The position numbers were made by a program, and so were the translations under genes. DNA of 64,000 nt from an uncultured bacterium (GTDB lineage: Bacteria > Omnitrophota > Gorgyraeia > Ghiorseimicrobiales > Ghiorseimicrobiaceae), in NCBI GenBank assembly GCA_913009335.1, contig CAJVXN010000003.1:3899-67898 (forward strand). The letters run 5' to 3'. A model generated the notes under the pieces. It saw only the letters and a program-made list of their open reading frames with translations. It did not search any database and was not told the origin of the DNA. Of this stretch, positions 20,373-30,801 are shown in pieces (within the stretch, counting starts at the first letter, position 1; each line of letters starts with the position of its first letter).

Positions 20373-20828
20373 TTAATGTTCTTTTGCTATTTCTTTTTCG
20401 CTGGGAGTTTTTATTGTATACCAGGCAAATAACACTACCCCTATAGTTATAGCGCTGTCTGCGATATTAAACACCGGCCAAATCCTAAAATCTAAAAAGT
20501 CAATAACGTATCCAAATCGTATTCTATCTATTAAATTACCCGCGGCGCCCGCCATAATTAAAACTAAAGGCAGTTTCAAACTTATGCTCAAACTATCTTT
20601 TTTAGAAATTAAATATCGCGCTATGAATATTACGGCAAAAAATGCTAAGAATATAAAAATAATCCTGCCGTTCTTAAATAGACCGAAAGCGCTGCCGGAA
20701 TTATAAACAAGCGTTAAATGAAATACATTTTTTATTACAGAAAAGGAATTTCCCGGGGAAAGCTTTGCTAAAGCAAGATATTTTGTTAATTGGTCCAGAA
20801 ATAACACGCAAATGCTAATTAATATCAT
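20373..20828 (-). CDS. lspA: Signal peptidase II
   Basis: DQLTK, NSGSAFG, GNLIDR, VIDF, FNIAD. Confidence 0.95.
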   Translation of the reverse strand: MILISICVLFLDQLTKYLALAKLSPGNSFSVIKNVFHLTLVYNSGSAFGLFKNGRIIFIFLAFFAVIFIARYLISKKDSLSISLKLPLVLIMAGAAGNLIDRIRFGYVIDFLDFRIWPVFNIADSAITIGVVLFAWYTIKTPSEKEIAKEH

Positions 20829-20883
20829 AGTATCATAGTATCAGAGTGTCATAGACTTTGACACTTTGACTCTCTGATACTTT

Positions 20884-21279
20884 CTATTTCTCTTCTTTTG
20901 TTTCCTGACACTTAACGCACAGCTTTGCATGAGGCACAGCCTTAAGGCGTGTCTTGGCAATCAATTTAAGACAATCTTCGCATATTCCATAAGTTGCATC
21001 TTCTATTCTTCTTAAAGCCTCTGTAACCTTATAAAGCATTTCACGCTCAGCACCCCCTAAAGTTAAAGAAAATTCTCTATCATAGTTATCTGTGGCCACA
21101 TCAGCCATATGATAAGTATAAGATGATATATCCCCTGATGCCTCTTTTTGGGACTTCTTAAGAGAATCTGCCGAAACATGCTCTATGCCTTCTACTATCT
21201 TTTCTTTTTTCTTAAGCAATAGCTCTTTAAATACCTTTAATTCCTTTTTATTCATTTTCTTGCGTGCTTTTGTCTTCAT
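20884..21279 (-). CDS. DksA/TraR C4 zinc-finger protein
   Basis: HMADVATD, YGICEDC, RLKAVP..LCVKC. Confidence 0.9.
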   Translation of the reverse strand: MKTKARKKMNKKELKVFKELLLKKKEKIVEGIEHVSADSLKKSQKEASGDISSYTYHMADVATDNYDREFSLTLGGAEREMLYKVTEALRRIEDATYGICEDCLKLIAKTRLKAVPHAKLCVKCQETKEEK

Positions 21280-21302
21280 TTAAGTGCCTCCAAAATCTCA
21301 AT

Positions 21303-21414
21303 AACGAAACAACTTGTGGAGTTTTAAAACGACATAAGTTGTATTTCAGAATTGATCCCGTTGAGTGTATCAAAACTATCGAAGATAATTTTGATACTTC
21401 TTACGAAACGGGAT
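21303..21414 (+). repeat. AAYGA..GAATT hairpin unit plus GATCCCG hairpin
   Basis: Second half resembles 44864-44931; first half resembles 14524-14557 inverted. Confidence 0.65.
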
Positions 21415-21423
21415 AACCTTTAA

Positions 21424-24174
21424 TTATTTAATCGCGTCTATACATCTACCGCACACTGAATTGCCATACGAATCTTTTTTAATATCTACGCTCCAATTCC
21501 AACACCTTACGCATTTTTCTCCATCGGCCTTATCTACTTCCACCTTAAATTCATCCCCCCTGCCAATAGAAACTGCCGATGTAATAAACATGGCTGGTAA
21601 ATCATCTAAATATTTCTCAAAAAAACTATATTCTTCGTCTTTATCAAAATAAAGCTTAACTTTTGCCTCCAAGGAACTCTTAATTATACCATTGATTCTA
21701 TTTTCTTCAAGTATTTTTAAGACTGTATCCCTGCGAATGATAATACGGGCAAAGTTCTTCTCTAAGTCAGGATTTATATACTCTTTTTTAACCTCCGGCC
21801 AGGATGTCAAATGTACAGATTCTGAAACTTCCGGGGTTTTATCCTTAAAACTCTGCCATATCTCTTCTGCCGTATAAGACAATATAGGCGCTATTGTCTT
21901 TGTGATAACAAGCAATATCTCAAATAAAGCAGTTTGTGCGCTTCTTCGCCCCAAAGACGCATCTTTAAACGTATACAGCCTATCCTTAAGTATATCCAGA
22001 TAAAATGAGCTTAAATCCACAATACAAAAATTATATATAGCATGATATAAAGAGTAAAAATTAAATTTCTCATAATTTGAATTTATCTCACCTAATAGGC
22101 TATGCGTGCGCGAAAGCGCCCACTTATCCAAAAGAAGCATCTTATCATAATCAACAGAATCGCACTGAGAATCAAAATCGTCTAAATTACCCAATAAAAA
22201 TCTCACTGTATTTCTTATCTTTCGATACGCCTCAGACATACGCGCGATTATCTCATCGGATATGCGTATATCTTCCTTATAATCGCTCGATGCCACCCAC
22301 AACCTTAGGATATCCACGCCGTACTTCTCAATAATATCCTGAGGTGCGACAACATTACCAACGGATTTTGCCATCTTTCTGCCATTGCTATCAACAACAA
22401 ACCCGTGTGTTAATACGCTTTTAAAAGCCGGCTTTCCCTCAATCGCTACAGAAGGAATAAGCGAAGACTGAAACCACCCTCTATGCTGATCGGACCCTTC
22501 CAGATATAAATCCGCCGGAAACGCTAAATTTTCTCTTGCCTTTAACACTGCCTGATGACTTACCCCCGAATCAAACCATACATCAAGAATATCATTACCT
22601 TTTTTAAAAGTAGATCCGCCGCATCCGGGACATTTAAAATCTTTAGGAACCAAATCCTCCACATTACGAATAAACCATGCATCACTGCCCTCGTTTGCTA
22701 CTATCTCCGAAAAGTTATTGATAACTTCCGGATACAACCCTTCCTTGCGACACCCTTCACAATAAATTGACGGAATAGGTACTCCCCATAATCTTTGCCT
22801 GGATAGACACCAATCGGGCCTATTCTCTACCATAGTAGTAATTCTCTTCTCTCCTGAGGCAGGCACCCAGTTTATCTTTTTTATAGAATCCAATACTTTC
22901 TTTCTTAAGTCTTTATGATCAATCTTTAAAAAATACTGTTCTGTGGCGCGAAAAATAACAGGATTCCTGCATCTCCAGCAATGCGGATAAGAATGATTAA
23001 TTTGAGATTGCTCAAGTAGCGCATTCTTCTCTTTTAATTTATCAATTATAATCTTATCAGCTTTATGTACGTTTAGCCCCCGGATAAAATCAGGTACGTC
23101 TTCATTAAATTGGCCCTTATTATCTACGGGCATAACAACGTCTAAGTTATATTTTAACCCGGTTAAATAATCTTCCTGCCCATGTCCGGGCGCGGTATGC
23201 ACACAACCAGTTCCTTCTTCAGCCGATACATAATCAGCCAGAACCACTTTACCTTCTCTATCAATAAAAGGATGCTCATATTTTAATCCGTCTAAATCAC
23301 TACCTTTAAACGTACCTATTTTTTTATAATCTTTTACGATCCCGGAATTAACTAAAGTTTCAAGGCGAGACTCTGCCAGAAAAAGCGTAGCAGCACCTAT
23401 TTTAATACTAACATAACTTAAATCAGGGCCAACAGCAATCGCAACATTAGCCGGCAATGTCCAAGGCGTAGTCGTCCAGATAAGTAAATAGTGTTTGCCA
23501 TCGCCAAACTCACCGTCTTTAATCCTAAACTTAACAAATACCGAATTTGAACTATGTTCACTATAGATAACTTCTGCCTCAGCAAGTGCCGTCTCACATT
23601 GATAACACCAGTTAACCGGTTTAAACCCACGATATATATAGCCCTTCTCGACTAAATTTGCTAAAGATTTTAAGATATCTTTTTCATACTGCGGAATTAA
23701 AGTAAGATACGGCTTATCCCACTCACCCAGAATCCCTAATCTTATAAATTCTTTTTTCTGCACGTTAACAAACTTAGAAGCATACTTTTTTGCCTTCCTT
23801 CTAAATTCTACCTGATCAACCTCATGCTTAGTAAGCCCCATCTCCTTAAACAAACTATATTCTACCGGCAGGCCGTGACAATCCCATCCGGGAACATAAG
23901 GCGCATCGAATCCCTGCATGGTTCTAAATTTTATAACTATATCTTTTAATATTTTGTTTAACGCGTGCCCTATATGAATATTGCCGTTAGCATAGGGAGG
24001 CCCGTCATGTAAGATATATTTAGGACTTCCTTTTCGTTTTTTACGGATTAATCCATAGAGATCCATTTTATTCCAGGAAGATAAAATCGCAGGCTCGCGT
24101 TGAGCGAGATTTGCCTTCATGGGAAAACTCGTCTTAGGAAGATTTAAAGTAGATTTATAATTTATCTTGTCCAT
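21424..24174 (-). CDS. ileS: Isoleucyl-tRNA synthetase (type 1)
   Basis: GPPYANGNIHIGH, WTTTPWT, DWCLSRQR, GSDQHRGWF, KMAKS, C-terminal CxxC..CxxC. Confidence 0.97.
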   Translation of the reverse strand: MDKINYKSTLNLPKTSFPMKANLAQREPAILSSWNKMDLYGLIRKKRKGSPKYILHDGPPYANGNIHIGHALNKILKDIVIKFRTMQGFDAPYVPGWDCHGLPVEYSLFKEMGLTKHEVDQVEFRRKAKKYASKFVNVQKKEFIRLGILGEWDKPYLTLIPQYEKDILKSLANLVEKGYIYRGFKPVNWCYQCETALAEAEVIYSEHSSNSVFVKFRIKDGEFGDGKHYLLIWTTTPWTLPANVAIAVGPDLSYVSIKIGAATLFLAESRLETLVNSGIVKDYKKIGTFKGSDLDGLKYEHPFIDREGKVVLADYVSAEEGTGCVHTAPGHGQEDYLTGLKYNLDVVMPVDNKGQFNEDVPDFIRGLNVHKADKIIIDKLKEKNALLEQSQINHSYPHCWRCRNPVIFRATEQYFLKIDHKDLRKKVLDSIKKINWVPASGEKRITTMVENRPDWCLSRQRLWGVPIPSIYCEGCRKEGLYPEVINNFSEIVANEGSDAWFIRNVEDLVPKDFKCPGCGGSTFKKGNDILDVWFDSGVSHQAVLKARENLAFPADLYLEGSDQHRGWFQSSLIPSVAIEGKPAFKSVLTHGFVVDSNGRKMAKSVGNVVAPQDIIEKYGVDILRLWVASSDYKEDIRISDEIIARMSEAYRKIRNTVRFLLGNLDDFDSQCDSVDYDKMLLLDKWALSRTHSLLGEINSNYEKFNFYSLYHAIYNFCIVDLSSFYLDILKDRLYTFKDASLGRRSAQTALFEILLVITKTIAPILSYTAEEIWQSFKDKTPEVSESVHLTSWPEVKKEYINPDLEKNFARIIIRRDTVLKILEENRINGIIKSSLEAKVKLYFDKDEEYSFFEKYLDDLPAMFITSAVSIGRGDEFKVEVDKADGEKCVRCWNWSVDIKKDSYGNSVCGRCIDAIK

Positions 24175-24181
24175 ATATTTT

Positions 24182-25039
24182 CTACATATACTTTCCGATA
24201 ATAATATCCAGGTCTTTCTTTGTTTTTTTTGGCACTACATCTTTATTGGTAACGATTGCGTATTTTAACGCGTTCTTGCATTTACAATCCGCGTTATCGG
24301 GCAAATCTCTCACCACCTGCCTTATTATCTTTTTCGCATTTCCCACATTCTCTGTAAGATTCCGCATTACCATTTCAACTGTTACGTTATCATGATTCGG
24401 ATGCCAGCAGTCATAATCAGTAACAGCGGCAAGTGTAGAGTAGCACATCTCGGCCTCACGGGAAAGACGTGCCTCGGCAATATTAGTCATTCCGATGATA
24501 GATGCTCCCCAGGAACGATAAAGATTTGACTCTGCCTTTGTAGAAAAAGCCGGACCTTCCATATTAATATATGTTCCCTTTGGATGCGTCTTAATATTAA
24601 GTTTTTCTGCAGATGATAAAATAATCTTTGATAGATTTAAGCATATTGGATCAGCAAACCCAACATGAGCTACAATACCTTCATCAAAGAATGTCATCAC
24701 TCTCCCCCTATTACTCCTATCAATGAATTGATCAGGTAAAACAAAATCCATAGGGGCCATTTCATCCTTTAAGCTCCCGCAGGCAGAAACAGAAAGTATG
24801 CATTCAACGCCTAACTTCTTCATGCCGAAAATATTAGCCTGATAGTTTATCTTACTGGGTGAAATTTTATGACCCTTACCGTGCCGTGGTAAAAATACCA
24901 CCTCTTTCCCTTCCAGCTCGCCGGTGATGTATTCATCGGAAGGCGAGCCAAAGGGTGTGGCAACCTTAACAGATTTTACTTTCTTAATTCCTTCTATGTC
25001 ATACAACCCGCTTCCGCCGATAATACCGATTTTTGACAT
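24182..25039 (-). CDS. mtnP: S-methyl-5'-thioadenosine phosphorylase
   Basis: IGIIGGSG, PRHG, EGPAFST, GMTN, VTDYDCW; AGGAG RBS before ATG 25039. Confidence 0.92.
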   Translation of the reverse strand: MSKIGIIGGSGLYDIEGIKKVKSVKVATPFGSPSDEYITGELEGKEVVFLPRHGKGHKISPSKINYQANIFGMKKLGVECILSVSACGSLKDEMAPMDFVLPDQFIDRSNRGRVMTFFDEGIVAHVGFADPICLNLSKIILSSAEKLNIKTHPKGTYINMEGPAFSTKAESNLYRSWGASIIGMTNIAEARLSREAEMCYSTLAAVTDYDCWHPNHDNVTVEMVMRNLTENVGNAKKIIRQVVRDLPDNADCKCKNALKYAIVTNKDVVPKKTKKDLDIIIGKYM

Positions 25040-25181
25040 TTTTACTCCTTTAATAAATGCATAACTCACAGAAACGAAATTAACATAAATTATACGCGTG
25101 AATTGAATCCTTAACATCGTTCATGTCAAAGATAAATTTAGCCATCAAACTTACAAACCTATCGTTTCGTAAGTTTGGGCT

Positions 25182-26018
25182 TCATTTAGATAATTCTTTA
25201 GCACGTTTAAGAGCTACCTTTGCGGCATCTTCTAATGAGCCCCCTCTATGTAAAACTTCTAAACCCGCCTCCGTTGTGCCGCCTTTTGATGTAACCTGTT
25301 TCCTTAATTCCAGCGGCGTAATATTTGACTGCTCAAGAAAAGAAAAACTTCCATAACCCGTAGAATCCGCTAATTTCTTCGCTTCCTCCTTGGTAAAATC
25401 TAAAGATTCTGCTGCTGCTCTCAAAGAAGGAATAAAATCGCTTATTAAATACTCTTTGGCCTCTTTTATTTCTTTGCCCTCAATCAAATCATAATAATAA
25501 CCCGGGCCGCTGCCGGATATAGCGGTCGCAGCATCCATCTTATCCTCATTTAAAACTAATGTATCCCCTAGATTATCAAATAATTCTTGTGCGAATTTAA
25601 GATCTTCCTCTTTTGCAAACTCACCTTTACATAAACAGCTCATCCCCATAGCAATCCTAGCCGGTAAATTTGGCATTACTCTGACTACACGTATCTCTTC
25701 ACCAAAGCATTTACTAATATAAGTTGTCGTTATCCCGGCGGCAATAGAAATAATTATCTTATTCTTTATATAATTTCCTGCTTCTTTTAGTTCTTTTAAA
25801 ATATCAGTAAAGTCCTGCGGTTTAACCGCTAAAATTATCACATCAGCTTCATTACCTAAATCAATTATATCCCCAGCAATGTTTATTTTTGTAAGACCCT
25901 TGATCTTATCCTTATCCTTATCAAAGACCCAAACTTCATGCTTTAATTTAATCTGCTCGGCAATAGCTGAACCCATAAACCCAAAACCGATAATACCTAT
26001 TTTTTTTACAATACTCAT
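25182..26018 (-). CDS. proC: Pyrroline-5-carboxylate reductase
   Basis: GFGFMG, AVKPQ, RVMPN, SGSGP, VTSKGGTT. Confidence 0.93.
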   Translation of the reverse strand: MSIVKKIGIIGFGFMGSAIAEQIKLKHEVWVFDKDKDKIKGLTKINIAGDIIDLGNEADVIILAVKPQDFTDILKELKEAGNYIKNKIIISIAAGITTTYISKCFGEEIRVVRVMPNLPARIAMGMSCLCKGEFAKEEDLKFAQELFDNLGDTLVLNEDKMDAATAISGSGPGYYYDLIEGKEIKEAKEYLISDFIPSLRAAAESLDFTKEEAKKLADSTGYGSFSFLEQSNITPLELRKQVTSKGGTTEAGLEVLHRGGSLEDAAKVALKRAKELSK

Positions 26019-26030
26019 AACTTTTATCTT

Positions 26031-26732
26031 TTATTTAAAAATTGCTCTGCCTACTCTTACAATGGTTGAACCCTCCTCAATCGCAACTCCGTAATCCTGG
26101 GTCATCCCCATAGAAAGAACATCTAATCGTGCCTGATGTTTTTTAACCAGGCAATTATTAATTTTATCCTTAAGTAACCTTAATGCCTTAAAATATTTAC
26201 GCGAGTCTTCGCAAGCTTCAGAGAAGGGAGCCATGGTCATTAACCCCTTAAGACGCATATTATCCATGCTTAAAATATGTTGCGCTAAATCTAATGTTTC
26301 CTTCTCCCTCACTCCGCATTTTGTTGCTTCATTCGATAAATTAACCTCAATCAATACATCCTGGATTTTATCTTTTTTTTCAGCCTGCTTATCTATTTCT
26401 TCTGCCAGGCGCAGACTATCCACTGAATGAATCAAATCGAAAATCTCAACTACTGTCTTTACTTTATTAGTCTGCAAGTGGCCGATCATATGCCACGAAA
26501 TGAGATCGACAAGACAATGATCATTAGATAACGCCTGATATTTTTTAAGAGTATCCTGAACTTTATTCCCGCCAAGGCTAGACAGACCGAAATCAATCGC
26601 TTCTTTAATCTGCCCTACTTCTGCCTGCTTGATAACCGCAAGAAGTGTAACCTCGCCTGGGTCTCTTGCGAACTTTTTACAAATAGAAGATATATCGTTA
26701 GAAATACGTAAGATATTCTCTTTTACGGTCAT
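26031..26732 (-). CDS. yggS: PLP homeostasis protein YggS
   Basis: WHMIGHLQTNK, HSVD, GLMTM, LSMGM, VRVGRAIF. Confidence 0.93.
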   Translation of the reverse strand: MTVKENILRISNDISSICKKFARDPGEVTLLAVIKQAEVGQIKEAIDFGLSSLGGNKVQDTLKKYQALSNDHCLVDLISWHMIGHLQTNKVKTVVEIFDLIHSVDSLRLAEEIDKQAEKKDKIQDVLIEVNLSNEATKCGVREKETLDLAQHILSMDNMRLKGLMTMAPFSEACEDSRKYFKALRLLKDKINNCLVKKHQARLDVLSMGMTQDYGVAIEEGSTIVRVGRAIFK

Positions 26733-26734
26733 TT

Positions 26735-26809
26735 AATGAAACCATAGCTTACGAACACGAAAGTGTGAGTAAGTTATTTGGTCGAATTAAACCCCGCCAT
26801 CGGCGGGGT
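26735..26809 (+). repeat. AATGA..CGAATT unit plus ACCCCGCC-GGCGGGGT hairpin
   Basis: Same architecture as 14516-14652. Confidence 0.7.
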
Positions 26810-26867
26810 ACATCCTTTTAGACCCAATCCAGTCATACCATAATAACATAACTTCTAATATGGTCAA

Positions 26868-26987
26868 CCCCGTTAGAGATAGGTCGTCTTTGGACGACCG
26901 TATATTTATCGAAAACTTTATATAAACTCTGTGCTTCTTAATCAGGAACTACCGCACTAAATAGTTTAGCTGTTATCTCTAACGGGG
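26868..26987. mobile_element. 120-bp MITE-like element
   Basis: CCCCGTTAGAGATA TIR; TCAA duplicated on both sides. Confidence 0.85.
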
Positions 26988-27059
26988 TCAATAAAAAGCT
27001 TAAAAAGTAGCTTAAAAACGCCACCCTTGAGCTCACCCTAAACCTTTGCCAAAATTTAT

Positions 27060-27557
27060 TTATCGATTATATGCCGAAAGAATTGCTTGAGAGTTATAGC
27101 CCAAAAAGACCTCTGATCCAACCTTAATAAGTGGCACACCACCGTTGCCACCAAGCTTTTTATATTTTTTCCTACATTCTCTACTTTTTTCTATATCATA
27201 TTTTTTATATTTAATCTTTTCCTTTTTTAAGAATTTCTCTAATTTAGTACAAACCGGGCACCAAGTAGTAACATATATTTCTACATTCTTTCTCGTCTTT
27301 TTTCTGCCTGCCGGATTTTCGGCTGCAGAGACCATCCCAGTCTATATTTTATCTTCTACCTCGCGACTAGCCGAACTCCTCCCCCTTGAAACCTCTACTT
27401 TTACAGCTCTATCGCGATAACGCTCAGGAATATCAGAGACAAAGATAACAAAATGAATTTTTCCCTTATCATCCCTATATTTATATGTATCGGCATAAAT
27501 AACGGAGGGGAAAACTACAAACAATACCAAACATAATATATATATAATAATCCGCAT
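27060..27557 (-). pseudogene. Secreted DUF4124-like/glutaredoxin fusion split by one in-frame TAG
   Basis: Signal peptide + YKYRDDKGKIHF..IPERYR, TAG at 27342-27344, then same frame WCPVC..GGVP glutaredoxin (27060-27335). Confidence 0.6.
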
Positions 27558-27616
27558 ATTTAGGCACTATAACATAATTAAACACACAGCACAAAATAGC
27601 TAAAAATAACAGAAAC

Positions 27617-28873
27617 CTAAAAATAATCGCTATATATACCTTTTAGCCTCGCTGAGATATACGTCAGAAGATTTGTATCTTTAGATCTAAATATGGTAAA
27701 CTTATTGCTTTTAGTCATATCCAAGCCATAATGCAATAAACCGATAGCAGAAGCAAAGCCAACAGCTCTATTAGAAGATTTAAGCAAATTTTTACCTCGA
27801 AAACCCTCTACCTTAGGAATACCCAGTTTAACCGAGACGCCCAAAACAGACTCAGCCAACTCCAGCAAACCATCCAACAAACTGCTACCGCCGGTTATAA
27901 TCACAGAATAACCTCTACCTGAAAGATAAGAACTCGAATCAATCTTTTCTTTTAAACGCGTAAGTAACTGAGTAACTTCCGGTTCGATTACGCTGGAAAT
28001 AACCCTACGCCGAATAGGCTGATACGAATCATCCTTTTTTATCATCACTTCTTCTTCGGCGTCTATATCTTGGCTTATAGCGCTCCCATAAGCATCCTTT
28101 ATCTCTTCTGCCAGGTTGCGGGGAAGATTTAGAACATCGCAGATTCCGGAAGTAATATTATTACCACCGTAAGCTAAAACATCACAAAAACGTAAGTTAG
28201 CGTCCTTAAAAATAAGAAGATGCGTAAGGTCCGCTCCGATATCAACCAAAACACAACCCTCTTCCTTTTGCTTCTTATCCAATACCGCAAGCGATGAAGC
28301 CAGGCCTGAAAATACCAAAGACTCAATTTCAAGGCCTGCCTGATTAATTAATTTTGCGATATTTTCAATATGATTAATTGAACTCACCGCCAGATATAAA
28401 TCCGCGGCTATCTTATGCCCGTATAAACCCTTGGGATTTAACACTTGGTTATGATCATCTAAAATATAACGATAAGCAAAATCATGTATTATCTCCTCCC
28501 CTAATTTTACATTTAGCGAACGAGCATAGGAATTAACCAAATTTATGTCTGCCTGGGTTACGACTTTATTGCCTCTGTCTGTAAGCGGCGTAACCGCATT
28601 AGCATTGCGAAAAACCAAATCTTTACCGCCTATATTCACATATACACGTTTTATCTTACGGTTTATTTTATTTTCTAATTTTGCTATTAGCTGCTTTAAG
28701 ACGAGCGTTGCTTTGGATATATCCGTAACAACGCCGCCTCTGACTCCCGAATTTTTAGCCTCAACATGCTCAAAACGATAAAAATTTCCCCGTCCGTCCA
28801 CAAGAGATACGACAGCCTTAAATTTACTTGATCCTAAATCTATACCGCAAATTACCTTATCGCGTTTTAGCAT
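27617..28873 (-). CDS. ftsA: Cell division protein FtsA
   Basis: GIDLGSSK, VDIGA, GGNNIT, AEEIK..YG, TGGSS. Confidence 0.93.
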   Translation of the reverse strand: MLKRDKVICGIDLGSSKFKAVVSLVDGRGNFYRFEHVEAKNSGVRGGVVTDISKATLVLKQLIAKLENKINRKIKRVYVNIGGKDLVFRNANAVTPLTDRGNKVVTQADINLVNSYARSLNVKLGEEIIHDFAYRYILDDHNQVLNPKGLYGHKIAADLYLAVSSINHIENIAKLINQAGLEIESLVFSGLASSLAVLDKKQKEEGCVLVDIGADLTHLLIFKDANLRFCDVLAYGGNNITSGICDVLNLPRNLAEEIKDAYGSAISQDIDAEEEVMIKKDDSYQPIRRRVISSVIEPEVTQLLTRLKEKIDSSSYLSGRGYSVIITGGSSLLDGLLELAESVLGVSVKLGIPKVEGFRGKNLLKSSNRAVGFASAIGLLHYGLDMTKSNKFTIFRSKDTNLLTYISARLKGIYSDYF

Positions 28874-29038
28874 ATAACCCAGATTTTTCTAATGAAAAAT
28901 CTGTCCGTAGGAGCAACCGTTGAAAGCTCAAAGAGATTTCAACGCGCTTGTTGAGGTAATCCCGAATTTTGTAGTGTATTTCTAAAATTTGGGGTAAACC
29001 TGTTTTATCTATTTGCCCGCCTAACTTAGCGCTATTAT

Positions 29039-29869
29039 TTATTGGGTACCCGTAACAGGATCCTGAAACCTTAAATCAATATACTTTATCTTTTTTAAAT
29101 TCGATCTTATCTTCGGCAAAAGCGAAGATAGTATTTTAATCCTTTTTTCAATTTCGTCTTTGCCGATTATTATTTTTATGCGCAATTTGTTTCTACTTGC
29201 GCGCGCAGGTGATACCTTTGAAGGACTGAAAGGACTAACCCTAATTTTAAAGAATATCCCGGATGAATCAGCTATATCAATATGCTCTATAGGATAAATA
29301 CGAAGATTATCCGTTACATTGTATGCTCTTAGAATATTTAAAGCAACATTTAAATCATCATTCTTTAATTTTTGGCCGATATAAAAAATTTTTATCTTAT
29401 CCTTCACTCCAATAATTTCCGGTAATTTTTCATATTTTTCAATAAGGGGCATCTCCAAGATAACCGCTTCGCAATCAACGAAGTACATTTTATCGCGCGC
29501 GCGCTTTTTAGCAGAGATAATTAACGGCAGATTTATTTTCGCGACCGGTAATCTCTCCTCAGCATTTATAACTAATACATTCGGTAAAGAACGTAAGATA
29601 TCTACGCTGCGCAACTTTGGATAATCAAAAAAAAGCCTTTTCTCTATTCTTTCTAAATCAACGCTGAATAAATTCTTGCCTAATAGATAAGACGGCGGCG
29701 CAATATTCGCGCCCCCTCGCATAACAATCCTGCTTATATTAAAGTACGTGGATTTAACCGTCCTTGCCTTTATTAGATAAATAAGTGCTGCGCATACGGC
29801 AACCGCCAGGCATATCAAAATTAAAAACTTAAGCGGATGAAACGTTTTATCTTCTTCTGTTATTCGCAT
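29039..29869 (-). CDS. ftsQ: FtsQ/DivIB
   Basis: Single TM, POTRA-like region, ERLPVA, YIDLRF; dcw position. Confidence 0.8.
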   Translation of the reverse strand: MRITEEDKTFHPLKFLILICLAVAVCAALIYLIKARTVKSTYFNISRIVMRGGANIAPPSYLLGKNLFSVDLERIEKRLFFDYPKLRSVDILRSLPNVLVINAEERLPVAKINLPLIISAKKRARDKMYFVDCEAVILEMPLIEKYEKLPEIIGVKDKIKIFYIGQKLKNDDLNVALNILRAYNVTDNLRIYPIEHIDIADSSGIFFKIRVSPFSPSKVSPARASRNKLRIKIIIGKDEIEKRIKILSSLLPKIRSNLKKIKYIDLRFQDPVTGTQ

Positions 29870-30801
29870 GATTTTTTCGCCAATTTTAAAATCTTAAGAC
29901 AGAGCTCGGCAAAGTCGTATCCTTCGGCTGCGGCCGCCCTAGGCAAAAGACTGTTTCGAGTCATTCCGGGAATAGTATTAACTTCCAGGATAATAAGATT
30001 ATTCTTAGAATTCATAATCATATCCACACGGGAAAACCCACAGCACCCCAACGCACGATGCGCTGCGAGAGCACTTTCCTGAACATTTCCATAAACATCT
30101 TTTTCTAAAACTGCCGGTATTATATAATCGGTCAAACCCACCGTATACTTTGCCTGATAATCAAAAAACTTACGTTTTGGGACTATCTCTATAACCGAAA
30201 GCGCCTTTTCATCTAAGATACTCACCGTAAGCTCTCTGCCCTCTATATAATCCTCCATTAAAACCTGATCGTCATATTTAAAAGCATCATCAAGCGCGGA
30301 CTTAATACCCTCTTTAGTTTCTACAATAGTAAGCCCTATGCTTGATCCGGAAGAAACAGGTTTAACCACTAAAGGAAATTCAGCAATACTTGTGATATCA
30401 AAATTATCTTTTTTTAATATCAAAGCATCAGGCACTAATAAACCGCCCTGCTTCATGATATTTCGCGCGGTTATTTTATTTAAGCTTGATTTACTTGCCG
30501 CGACACCCGACCCGGTATAAGGAATATTATTATCACTCAATAACTGCTGTATTGTGCCGTCTTCGCCAAAAGCGCCGTGTAGTGCGATAAAAGCAATATC
30601 AATGCGACTTTTTTTTATTTGCTTAGCGACCTTATCGATGTCACTGTCTTTAATGTCTAAATCAACAACATCCAGGTTTAGTGATTTTAACGCCTCACTC
30701 ACCGCCTTACCTGACCTTAAAGATATCGTACGTTCGTTTGACGGTCCGCCCATTAAAACACCAATTAAACCAAATTCATTTTTGATATTCTCTAGTTCCA
30801 T
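29860..30801 (-). CDS. ddl: D-Ala-D-Ala ligase
   Basis: GGPSNERTISL, LHG..GEDG, GSSIG, EVNTIPG. Confidence 0.95.
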   Translation of the reverse strand: MELENIKNEFGLIGVLMGGPSNERTISLRSGKAVSEALKSLNLDVVDLDIKDSDIDKVAKQIKKSRIDIAFIALHGAFGEDGTIQQLLSDNNIPYTGSGVAASKSSLNKITARNIMKQGGLLVPDALILKKDNFDITSIAEFPLVVKPVSSGSSIGLTIVETKEGIKSALDDAFKYDDQVLMEDYIEGRELTVSILDEKALSVIEIVPKRKFFDYQAKYTVGLTDYIIPAVLEKDVYGNVQESALAAHRALGCCGFSRVDMIMNSKNNLIILEVNTIPGMTRNSLLPRAAAAEGYDFAELCLKILKLAKKSCE

